From positions 339,202,001-339,266,000 of the forward strand of contig OZ024743.1 of the NCBI GenBank assembly GCA_964016885.1: 64,000 nucleotides of DNA, given 5' to 3'. Below the pieces are notes generated by a model. That model worked only from the letters and a program-made list of their open reading frames with translations. It was not told the origin of the DNA and made no database searches. Shown piece by piece: positions 50,601-61,261 of the stretch. The DNA is from Eledone cirrhosa (Eukaryota). Each line of letters starts with the position of its first letter. Positions within the stretch are counted from its first letter, which is position 1. The position numbers were made by a program, and so were the translations under genes.

Positions 50601-51477
50601 TGTTGTATCTGGGTATGTTGCTATTGTTGTTGTTATTGTTGTTTGTGTCTGTGTGTCTGTTGTTGTTGGGATGTGTGTTGTATATGTGTGTGCGTATATT
50701 GTTGCTTTTGTTTTTGTTTTTGATGCTCCAGCGTAGTTTCGTAAATGATTTTTCTATTTCTGACAGACAACTAATCATATTTACCTTCTTGAATGTCGCA
50801 AATTTGGGTGACAGACGTAACACAGACATTTCATTATTATCTATTTCCGTGTTTACATAGATGTTGGTATTTTCATTGTTGAACTCTTCAGATAATGAGG
50901 TGTCGGCCATGTTGATACCGTCAATTTTGTCGGGATATCTATTGGTATACTCTATAGTATCCCGATTTAGCTTTGCCTGTTTAAGCCACTTTAATTTTCT
51001 GTTAAAGTGCTTATTACATTCTTGAGTAATGTACTGTTCTTCGGGGCGTATAAGGCTTATAAATGTTAGTTTTTCTGCTGGTGTGGTGATTTTAGATATT
51101 TCATCTATTAGGTTACGCTTTAGTTTTTCTTGATGACTTAATTCTCTATAGATCTTCTTTTTTATGTTTAGAATTAAAGTTCGTTTTAGCCTATCTGCTT
51201 GTTTTTTGGTGAGTTGTAATCTTCTAACGTCGGTATTGATGGTGTTGGTGTAGATTCTAGAAGTGGTGCACAGTTTTATGAAGTGTAGTTGTCGAGATGT
51301 TATGGTTTTTCGTAGACAACAGAACATGGTGGTTTTCAGTATCTTGTTAGCCTGGCTAAGGCTTACGATATTTCGTTTCTGAATTTGTTTAGCAAGATTC
51401 TTTATCTGAAATCGTGTGTTGAAACCGATATTGTTATACTTTGGGAGGGTCATGTTGCCAATAAGAAACACACGCAC
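47638..51477 (-). CDS. PLE polyprotein: N-terminal domain, RT, Cx4CxxC linker, GIY-YIG endonuclease (1279 aa; first ATG at 51453)
   Basis: PTDKSG, LYGLRKDHK, SMDVVSLYPSI, GAAIG, YVDD, CIDKKCITC, VVY..C..YIGET..EH. Confidence 0.93.
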   Translation of the reverse strand: MRVFLIGNMTLPKYNNIGFNTRFQIKNLAKQIQKRNIVSLSQANKILKTTMFCCLRKTITSRQLHFIKLCTTSRIYTNTINTDVRRLQLTKKQADRLKRTLILNIKKKIYRELSHQEKLKRNLIDEISKITTPAEKLTFISLIRPEEQYITQECNKHFNRKLKWLKQAKLNRDTIEYTNRYPDKIDGINMADTSLSEEFNNENTNIYVNTEIDNNEMSVLRLSPKFATFKKVNMISCLSEIEKSFTKLRWSIKNKNKSNNIRTHIYNTHPNNNRHTDTNNNNNNNSNIPRYNNNNSNIPRYNRHADTNNNNNTHGDNNNNNTHINNNNNSNILRYNNNRHANTNNNNNTHNNDNTHTHGDNNNTHQQQHTTTTTHTHSMPLTTILNTQTQKTSNDSSTEIREIRESNRIKRKRKRRWETKDKENNQDEHTDTQNRVDNNIEPVERDRSNYERHRNNHEAEAAAVGGNRNNTTNNNNSTSTHKAAAWNSPFYNPSDKSFDLRRVHATTLPFNKRTQLPSQVDEQTGAQFSIAKSELRNIIEQYSKKHNRIEAQQLGEESANGLRKLMQRSRNGEIACFPTDKSGRMSVDSLPNYIQAMQPHITNTREVTPQEHEDREKTLNAHMVMWTNIMQPNKRTANNFQAWNNDVPALYGLRKDHKTGWDPVTGPPTRPVCGANIASNYRLSYFLSLIIRPIIEMSPDVCDSTEDLLSRIGAGNRSGDLTNCIIGSMDVVSLYPSIDVDFAVEKCVEMISESKVEFRGIDTSELGLLLKLTHSNSYLDTYDLSNLCPTRPARGRPPTITSMAKKTHTDRWNGWTRAIRTPENHDELKKMIAHAVGASIKLTLKEHMFKFNGKTYAQEEGAAIGVSIAGDIANLFMVWWDSRLKQKLNEQLEDSLTLIMYSRYVDDINIVVKTPPLKNSQELEKNTMESIQQIANSIHQSIRVTIDYPSRHPNHRLPVLDTELWLDTINNQKQILHSHYAKPMTSKHLIHRNSAISDHTKINILIADLVRVMRNVSRMCNPEELERHIQHFIHRMQFSGYNQRDRIRVYKGARTKWEKMVNNDINGTCPLYRSKFWNRIERTKNKANRINSWYDSNKYQSVMFINTTPRGELAYKFRRALKKHNLNIKIVERPGTSVKTLISKTYPFQRPSCIDKKCITCKISPHINCKTRNVVYSIRCTEGQCRNKNVVYIGETARSIGEQINEHWRDLQDSKESSVLYQHAKIEHRGKLESIEIKIESTHKKDAMFRQITEAVSIKELKPKLNRKYEWNSNITTYN

Positions 51478-51594
51478 CAGTTGCTTTCACTTCAATTTAA
51501 TTTATTAAATATTTATAAGTTTACAAATTTATAAATTTATAAATTTCTGGTTGGTTGGTTGGTTCCACAACCAGATAGTTGTTTATATATATAT

Positions 51595-51639
51595 AGTCAT
51601 AGTTCTTTCGTCACACACTCTGTGACCTCTTCAGTGACT
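51595..51639 (-). ncRNA. Minimal type I hammerhead in 5' pLTR
   Basis: Same 45-nt motif as 47303-47347. Confidence 0.75.
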
Positions 51640-51837
51640 GGGGATTTGTTTCTTCGTTTCTGTGCCTTTCCTTTCTTCTATCCTACGCCATTTTGTTTGT
51701 GTGTGGGTTGCGTGCTCAGTTTGCGCATGCACCACATCCGGGTGTCTGTGTGTGTGTTTGTGTTCATTTTTCTATTTTTCTATTTATATTTTTCTATTTG
51801 TTTGTTTATTTATTTATTTATTGTTGGTTGGTTGGTT

Positions 51838-53650
51838 CATTGCTAGTAACTACAGACTGTCCTACTTCCTCTCCCTGATCATACGCCCCATCATTGAGAT
51901 GTCCCCAGATGTGTGTGACAGCACGGAGGACCTCCTCAGCAGAATCGGTGCGGGTAACCGATCTGGGGACCTAACAAACTGCATAATAGGCAGTATGGAT
52001 GTTGTGTCCCTGTATCCATCTATTGACGTGGATTTTGCTGTGGAGAAATGCGTCGAAATGATCAGCGAGAGCAAGGTTGAGTTCCGTGGGATTGATACCA
52101 GTGAGCTGGGACTTCTACTTAAGCTTACCCATAGTAATAGTTACCTAGACACTTATGACCTTAGCAACCTGTGCCCTACAAGACCAGCAAGAGGCAGACC
52201 ACCTACCATTACCTCAATGGCCAAGAAAACCCACACAGATAGATGGAACGGGTGGACCAGAGCCATACGGACACCCGAAAACCACGATGAACTGAAGAAA
52301 ATGATTGCACATGCGGTAGGGGCCAGCATAAAACTAACCCTTAAGGAACATATGTTCAAATTTAATGGTAAAACATATGCCCAAGAGGAAGGAGCAGCCA
52401 TTGGTGTTAGCATTGCAGGCGACATAGCTAACTTATTCATGGTATGGTGGGACAGTAGACTTAAACAAAAACTTAATGAACAATTAGAAGACAGCTTAAC
52501 CCTGATAATGTACTCCCGCTACGTAGATGATATAAACATCGTAGTTAAGACACCCCCACTAAAGAACAGTCAGGAACTAGAGAAAAACACAATGGAAAGC
52601 ATCCAGCAAATAGCAAACTCCATCCACCAGAGCATTAGAGTTACTATAGACTACCCAAGTAGACACCCCAACCATCGATTACCTGTACTAGACACAGAGC
52701 TCTGGTTAGATACTATTAACAACCAAAAACAAATCCTCCATTCCCATTATGCCAAACCCATGACTTCCAAACATCTGATCCACCGAAACTCGGCCATTTC
52801 GGACCATACCAAAATCAACATACTGATTGCGGATTTGGTACGGGTGATGAGAAATGTGTCCCGCATGTGCAACCCCGAAGAACTAGAGAGACACATACAA
52901 CACTTCATCCACCGTATGCAGTTCTCTGGCTACAATCAGAGAGATAGAATCAGAGTGTATAAAGGAGCCAGAACCAAATGGGAAAAAATGGTAAATAATG
53001 ACATAAATGGGACTTGCCCCTTGTATAGGAGCAAATTTTGGAATAGAATAGAAAGAACTAAGAACAAGGCCAATAGAATAAACTCATGGTATGATAGCAA
53101 TAAATACCAGAGTGTAATGTTCATCAATACAACCCCTAGAGGCGAACTAGCCTACAAATTTAGAAGGGCCCTAAAGAAACATAATCTCAATATTAAGATA
53201 GTAGAAAGACCTGGTACCTCCGTAAAAACACTTATTAGCAAGACATACCCGTTCCAAAGACCCTCATGTATAGATAAGAAATGCATAACCTGTAAAATAA
53301 GCCCCCATATTAACTGTAAAACTAGAAATGTAGTATATAGCATAAGATGTACTGAAGGACAATGTAGAAACAAAAATGTAGTGTACATAGGTGAGACAGC
53401 TCGTAGTATAGGGGAACGAATAAATGAACACTGGCGAGACCTCCAAGATAGTAAAGAATCATCTGTGCTCTACCAACATGCTAAGATAGAACACAGGGGT
53501 AAATTAGAGAGCATAGAAATAAAAATAGAATCCACACACAAGAAAGACGCAATGTTTAGGCAAATTACAGAGGCAGTAAGCATAAAAGAATTAAAACCAA
53601 AATTAAATAGAAAATATGAGTGGAACAGCAACATCACAACTTACAATTAA
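51838..53650 (+). pseudogene. Inverted 5'-truncated copy of the PLE ORF (RT core + GIY-YIG)
   Basis: Matches the 1279-aa ORF from IASNYRLS onward. The N-terminus of the listed 51662 ORF is antisense pLTR. Confidence 0.88.
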
Positions 53651-53940
53651 GGACAAAATGAAAACACACACACACATAGAACAAACAACTTACAATTGAA
53701 AACACACACAAGACAAAATGAAAACACACACACACATAGAACAAACAACCAACCAACAATAAATAAATAAATAAACAAACAAATAGAAAAATATAAATAG
53801 AAAAATAGAAAAATGAACACAAACACACACACAGACACCCGGATGTGGTGCATGCGCAAACTGAGCACGCAACCCACACACAAACAAAATGGCGTAGGAT
53901 AGAAGAAAGGAAAGGCACAGAAACGAAGAAAGAAATCCCC

Positions 53941-53985
53941 AGTCACTGAAGAGGTCACAGAGTGTGTGACGAAAGAACTATGACT
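53941..53985 (+). ncRNA. Minimal type I hammerhead in the inverted pLTR
   Basis: Helix I AGTCA/TGACT, CTGAAGA at 53946-52, helix II GTCACA/TGTGAC, GAAA at 53971-74, 2-bp helix III, CUA triplet ending at 53980. Confidence 0.75.
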
Positions 53986-54115
53986 ATATATATATAAACA
54001 ACTATCTGGTTGTGGAACCAACCAACCAACCAGAAATTTATAAATTTTTAAATTTGTAAACTTATAAATATTTAATAAATTAAATTGAAGTGAAAGCAAC
54101 TGGTGCGTGTGTTTC

Positions 54116-57100
54116 TTAAAAAACAATTTTAAAGAGGACGTGGGTCTCCCCTGCGTCGGGCCCATTAACCGCGTCCTCCTAAAAAACTATCCCACCCCCT
54201 CCCCAAACACCCTCACAACTCCAAGCTCCCCAACCACACAACACACTGATGCCCCCACACTTCCACAAACCACCACCCCACCCAACAACCCATCCCCCAC
54301 CCTAATGGAAATTGTGCAGCCCGATACCCGGGACGCAGAGAGGTAAGTGCCTTTTCTCTTCACCACCAACATGGCTATGCTAAGAGTAGGCTGTTTAAAT
54401 GTGCGTGGCCTGGGCTCAACTTGGAAGCAAGCAATGCTTCTAAATGACCTCAGGTCACAACGTATAGATGTGATGGTTATTTGCGAGGCCCGGATCAGCA
54501 ACGTGCGACAGCTGGCCCCCACCTTTGATGACTTTGAGATGCACGCATCTCTCTGTCAGCCTGGTGGTGGGGGTGGAGTTGTCGTTCTGCTGCAAAAACA
54601 TCTGGGTCTCGCAACACAGATGGTACATTTGGACCCGGAGGGTCGACTAGTGGTTCTGGACCTTGGCAGTGGTAAAGGCGGAGCGTTTAGGTTGGTAGCC
54701 GCCTACGGCCCTTTCGGGTCAATGCGGCCGGACTTCTTCCATCGTCTGGAGACTTTTCTAGGGACGTCCCGCTCCTTGCTATTAGTGGGGGACTGGAATG
54801 GTATCCTAGATGCACGCTGGGACTACGTAGGGGCCTGCCCCGATAGAGAGGGGTGTAATAGCCTCAAAGGGTTAATCGGTCGATTTGACCTGGCCGATAG
54901 ATATCGACTAGATTTTCCGACTGCGCCAACCTGGACTTGGGCAAATCGTAGCGGATCATCTAGGTCGTACCTAGATAGGTTCTTAGTTAGAATTAAGGAT
55001 AAGGACTTTTTAAGTTGTCCAAAAATGCGCATTGTTGGCTATTCAGACCACAAATTAGTGACCTGCATGGTCAACCTCGACAGAACTCATAGACAGGGCC
55101 CCGGTTACTGGAAGCTCAACTTGTCCTTGCCGGCAAGTAGAGCCTACAGGAATCGGATTAGTACGTTAGTTAAGGAACGGTTGACTGGAGCGATCGTCAA
55201 CAGCAGGTGGTGGGTATCTCTAAAGAGAGAGATTAGAGTAGTCTCGATAGAATTTAGTAAGGTTCTAGCTGCGGATAGGAATAGGAAGGAAAGGGAGCTA
55301 ATAGATAGAGTAGAAGAGGCAATTAGAAGCGGCGACGTGGCCAGAGTGCTAGCGTCGAGAACGGCTTTGAGCCAGTTTTTCGACGCGAAGCACGAAGGCT
55401 GCGTTGTCCGAAGTAAAATACGTGCTCTAGGGAACGAGGGGACCAAAGCTGTTAGCTGGGCCCGCGTGACAGAGGCCAACAGTGGAACTCAATCCACCAT
55501 CCGGTCTTTGCGAGACCTGGATGGACGGGCGATTCTTGAGCCTAAGCAGATGTGTGAGGCCTTTCAAAGGCACTTTGCCCGACTGTTCGGGAGGGGCGGG
55601 GAGCCGGTTGGGAACGTGGACTTCGGTCCATACCTCGACGGCCTGCCGCGCCTCTCAGACAGGGAGGCGAAGTCCTGCGAGGAGCCGATTTCGGCCGCTG
55701 AGATAGAGGACGTGCTGAGCCAATGCGGCAAACGCAAATCCCCGGGTCTCGATGGTCTTCCTTACGAATTATATCTAGCTATGCCGGACTTGTTCCCCGA
55801 TCTCCTCGAGGCGGTCTACTGCAACTGGCAACAGAACGGGAGAATTCCCTGTACTGTGACCAAGGGCGTAGTCACGCTAGTGAGGAAGGACGAGAACAAG
55901 GGGGACGAAATAAGTAACTTCAGGCCCATAACACTGCTAAATACAGAGTTACAGATTTTGGCCAAGGTGCTAGCAAAGAGGTTGGCGCTTGTCGTGGGCA
56001 ACCTGGTGGGAGATGCGCAGACATGCGCTATCCCGTCCAGGTCCATCCATGACAACCTCCACCTCATGCGATACATCATAGAGAGGGTTGGGAACGAACC
56101 CGGCTTTGGTGGGGCTCTGATCAACTTGGATCAATCTAAGGCGTTCGATAGGGTCGACCATGGTTACCTGGATGCGGTGCTAGCGGCGGCAGGCTTCGGA
56201 CCCGTTTTCAGGGGCTGGATCACTGCTATGCACAGCAGCCGCATCTGCTCTAGGGTCAAGGTGAACGGCTACCTCTCGGAGCCGTTCAAAATCGCGCGGT
56301 CCATCCGACAAGGGTGCCCTCTCTCCTCCCTTCTGTATGTGTTGACTCTCGAGCCACTACTGCGGAAGTTGGAGTTGTTGCAGGGCAGCCCTTTGGAACC
56401 GGGATTGCGGAAAGCGGTGTCGGCCTACGCCGATGACGTGACAGTAATGGTGTCGACGGCCTCCGAAATCGAGGCGGTCAGCACCTTACTGGAGGAGTAC
56501 GAAAAGTTCACAGGGGCTAAGCTGAACCGGGACAAGTCGATCGGTTTGCAACTCGGCACGTGGAGGGGCAGACCGATGCCCTCCGATAGCGTCGTCGGAC
56601 GCTGGACGGAGGGCCCGGTGAAGTTGCTCGGGGTCTGGGTCGGACCGGACCTCCAGATGGAGAAAAACTGGGCGGAGGTTACGAACAGGGTGTTTGCACT
56701 GACCCAGAAGTGGGCCAGTTGCAAACTATCCATGAAAGGTCGGGCGGAGGTGGCGAACACCTACATAGCGTCCGTCATCTACTACCGCCTGACCGTAGTG
56801 CCCTGCCCAAGGGAAACCCTCACCAAGATGGAGCGCGCGCTCTTCCAATTCCTTTGGAAGAGGCGGGCTCCTATGGTGAGGAGATCCATCTGCTGTCAAC
56901 ACCCTTCGAAAGGAGGGCTGGGGATGCCGTGGCTAATGATGCGTAAACACGCATTAAGGCTACGGCACCTCTACGTATTCCTCACCGGACAACCGGTGTG
57001 GGCCTCGTTTGTGAGACGAACCTTTCCCAGACTCGTCTCACTCACCGAGCTGCAATCCTGGGTCAAGCAAAGACCGAGAAAACTGGGCGCCTGGCACACT

Positions 57101-58062
57101 GAGTGTGCCCAGGCGCTCACCGACCTCTGGCAGGCGGATCCGGTTATCAGTGGAGACTCCACCGCAACATTCTATAGAGGGCTGGTATGCAGCAGGTGCG
57201 ACGACGCCCTCGGAGAAGCCCTAGACATGGAGGAGGACGAACTGGCCAGCCTGTTCGGTAGGACATTCAGCCCGGGACCTATGGACAACTTCCAGAAGTC
57301 CCTGGCAGTGCTACCGAGGGGCTTTACCCGTTCGAGAAAGGCTCTACAGACACGGGCGCCCGGGTAAGGACCCCGCCAAAAAGATCTGTCCCAGATGCGT
57401 GTGCGACGAGGAAACCGTTGCACACGCATTAGTACACTGCTCGGGCGTAGCCGATCTGTGGGGCTATGTCGAACAACTGCTGTCAAGGGTGGGACCGATC
57501 CGGTTGACCACCGAGTCTATTGTAATGATCAAGCCGCCTCCCCCCTTCAAAGATGAAGCAGAGGCGGTGTTTCTGTGCGTAATAGCCATGGCGAAAGAGG
57601 TTGTATGGTGGACGCGTCTGAAAGGACTGAGGTCGGGCACCTTTCTCTCTGGCCAACAACTGGTCCGTTTCTTCCGATATCATTTCGGAAGAAGGATCAG
57701 GATGGAGAGAGAGGTGCTGCACCCCAGCCGTTTCTATGAAAGATGGGTGAAAGTGGCGAGAATGGCCCGTGTGAATGGGCCTTCACTCTACATCAGACTA
57801 TAGGTGAGGAAGATGAAAGACCAAGGGAGCACCCCTTCTCTGTGCTCCTGAGGAGAAGGGTTGCACACTTTTTTCGGGGGTGTGTGCGACCCCCCAAGGC
57901 GCCTCCTCTCTATTGAGGATTTTGTTAAAAATTTTATTTTTTGTTATATCTTATTTTATTTTTATATTTTGTTATTGCCTTCTCCTTATTGAGGACGCCT
58001 TTTTGTGTAAACTCCCCCCTTTGTACTTGTCCCACTTTTGATGCCCTAGTGGCAAATAAAAG

Positions 58063-58065
<3 letters not shown>
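54116..58065 (+). mobile_element. 5'-truncated Tx1-clade LINE (end of ORF1, ORF2 54347-57803 with a small frameshifting deletion near 57305)
   Basis: Near-identical to 18661-22614 reverse-complemented. Ends AATAAAAGAAA followed by (AT)n/(ATCT)n. Confidence 0.93.
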
Positions 58066-58098
<33 letters not shown>

Positions 58099-58654
58099 AT
58101 CTATATATATATATCTATATATATATATCTATATATATATATATATATATCTATATATATATATATATATATCTATATATATATATATATATATATCTAT
58201 ATATATCTATATATATATATATATATATATCTATATATATATATATATATATCTATATATATATATATATATATCTATATATGTATATATATATATCTAT
58301 ATATATATATATATATATCTATATCTATATATATATATATATATATATCTATATCTATATATATATATCTATATATATATATATATATATCTATATATAT
58401 ATATATATATATATCTATATATATATCTATATCTATATATATATATATCTATATCTATATATATATATATATCTATATATATATATATATATATCTATAT
58501 ATATATATATCTATATCTATATATATCTATATCTATATCTATATATCTATATATCTCTATCTATATATATCTATATCTATATATCTATATATCTCTATCT
58601 ATATATATCTATATCTATATATATATATATCTATATATATATATATATCTATAT

Positions 58655-58685
<31 letters not shown>

Positions 58686-58805
58686 TATATATATATATCT
58701 ATATATATATATATATATCTATATATATATATATATCTATATATATATATCTATATATATATATATCTATATATATATATATATCTATATATATATATAT
58801 ATATA

Positions 58806-58840
<35 letters not shown>

Positions 58841-58853
58841 ATATATATATATA

Positions 58854-58926
<73 letters not shown>

Positions 58927-59073
58927 ATATATATATATATATATATATATATCTATATATATCTATATATCTATATATCTATATCTATATCTATATATCT
59001 ATATCTATATATATATATCTATATCTATATATATATATCTATATATATATATATATATCTATCTATCTATCTA

Positions 59074-59136
<63 letters not shown>

Positions 59137-59163
59137 ATCTATCTATATATATATATATCTATA

Positions 59164-59196
<33 letters not shown>

Positions 59197-59357
59197 ATAT
59201 ATATATATCTATATATATATATCTATATATCTATATATATATATATATATATCTATATATATATATATATCTATATATATATATCTATATATATATATAT
59301 ATCTATATATATATCTATATATATATCTATATATATATATCTATATATATATATATA

Positions 59358-59392
<35 letters not shown>

Positions 59393-59573
59393 ATATATAT
59401 ATATATATATATCTATATATATATATATATATATCTATATACATATATATATATATATATCTATATATATATATCTATATATATATATATATATATATAT
59501 ATCTATACATATATATATATATATATATATCTATATATCTATATATATATATATATATATATCTATATATATA

Positions 59574-59626
<53 letters not shown>

Positions 59627-59629
59627 ATA

Positions 59630-59672
<43 letters not shown>

Positions 59673-59795
59673 ATATATATCTATATATATATATATATCT
59701 ATATATATATATATATCTATATATATATATATATATATATCTATATCTATATTCTTTTAACTATATATCTATATATATATATATATATCTATCTA

Positions 59796-59836
<41 letters not shown>

Positions 59837-59839
59837 ATA

Positions 59840-59875
<36 letters not shown>

Positions 59876-60365
59876 TATATATATATATATAGATATATAT
59901 ATATATAGATATATATATATATATATCTATATATCTATATATATATATATCTATATATATATATATATCTATATATCTATATATATATATATATCTATAT
60001 ATATATATATCTATATATATATATATATCTATATATCTATATATATATATATATCTATATATATATATATCTATATATATATATATATCTATATATATAT
60101 ATATCTATATATATATATCTATATATATATATATATCTATATATATATATATCTATATATATATATATCTATATATATATATATCTATATATATATATAT
60201 CTATATATATATATATATCTATATATATATATATATCTATATATATATATATATCTATATATATATATATATCTATATATATATATATATCTATATATAT
60301 ATATATCTATATATATATATATCTATATATATATATATCTATATATATATATATCTCTATATATA

Positions 60366-60406
<41 letters not shown>

Positions 60407-60629
60407 ATATCTATATATATATCTATATATATCTATATATATATATATCTATATATCTATCTATATATATATATATCTATATATATATATATCTATATCT
60501 ATATATATATCTATATCTATATATATATATATATATCTATATATATATCTATATCTATATATATCTATATCTATATATATCTATATCTATATATATCTAT
60601 ATCTATATATATCTATATCTATATATATA

Positions 60630-60682
<53 letters not shown>

Positions 60683-60835
60683 ATATATATATATATCTAT
60701 ATATATCTATATCTATATATATCTATATCTATATATCTATATCTATATATATCTATATCTATATATATCTATATCTATATATATATATATCTATATATAT
60801 CTATATCTATATATATCTATATCTATATATATATA

Positions 60836-60868
<33 letters not shown>

Positions 60869-61205
60869 ATATATATATATCTATATATATATATCTATAT
60901 ATCTATATCTATATATCTATCTATATATATATATCTATATATATATATATATCTATATCTATATATCTATATATATATATATCTATAATTATATATCTAT
61001 ATCTATATATCTATATATATATATCTATATCTATATATATATATCTATATCTATATATCTATATATATCTATCTATATATCTATATATATATATCTATAT
61101 ATATATATATATATATATCTATATATATATATCTATATATCTATATATATATATATATATATCTATATATATATATATATATATCTATATATATATATAT
61201 ATATA

Positions 61206-61246
<41 letters not shown>

Positions 61247-61261
61247 ATATATATATATATA
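58066..61261. repeat. (AT)n/(ATCT)n microsatellite
   Basis: Direct reading. Confidence 0.98.

Larger units (their letters stand above)
47081..54118 (-). mobile_element. Neptune-type Penelope-like element: full unit with direct pLTRs (47081-47542 = 51373-51834) plus an inverted partial copy (51838-54118)
   Basis: Direct repeats are 4292 bp apart. Inverted arms of 2281 bp at 47170-49450 and 51838-54118. Each pLTR has a hammerhead. Confidence 0.92.

Noticed and set aside
51662-51837. Hydrophobic N-terminus of the 662-aa ORF as a novel membrane-anchored RT
   Set aside because: It is antisense pLTR low-complexity sequence joined by the inversion, with a non-ATG start.
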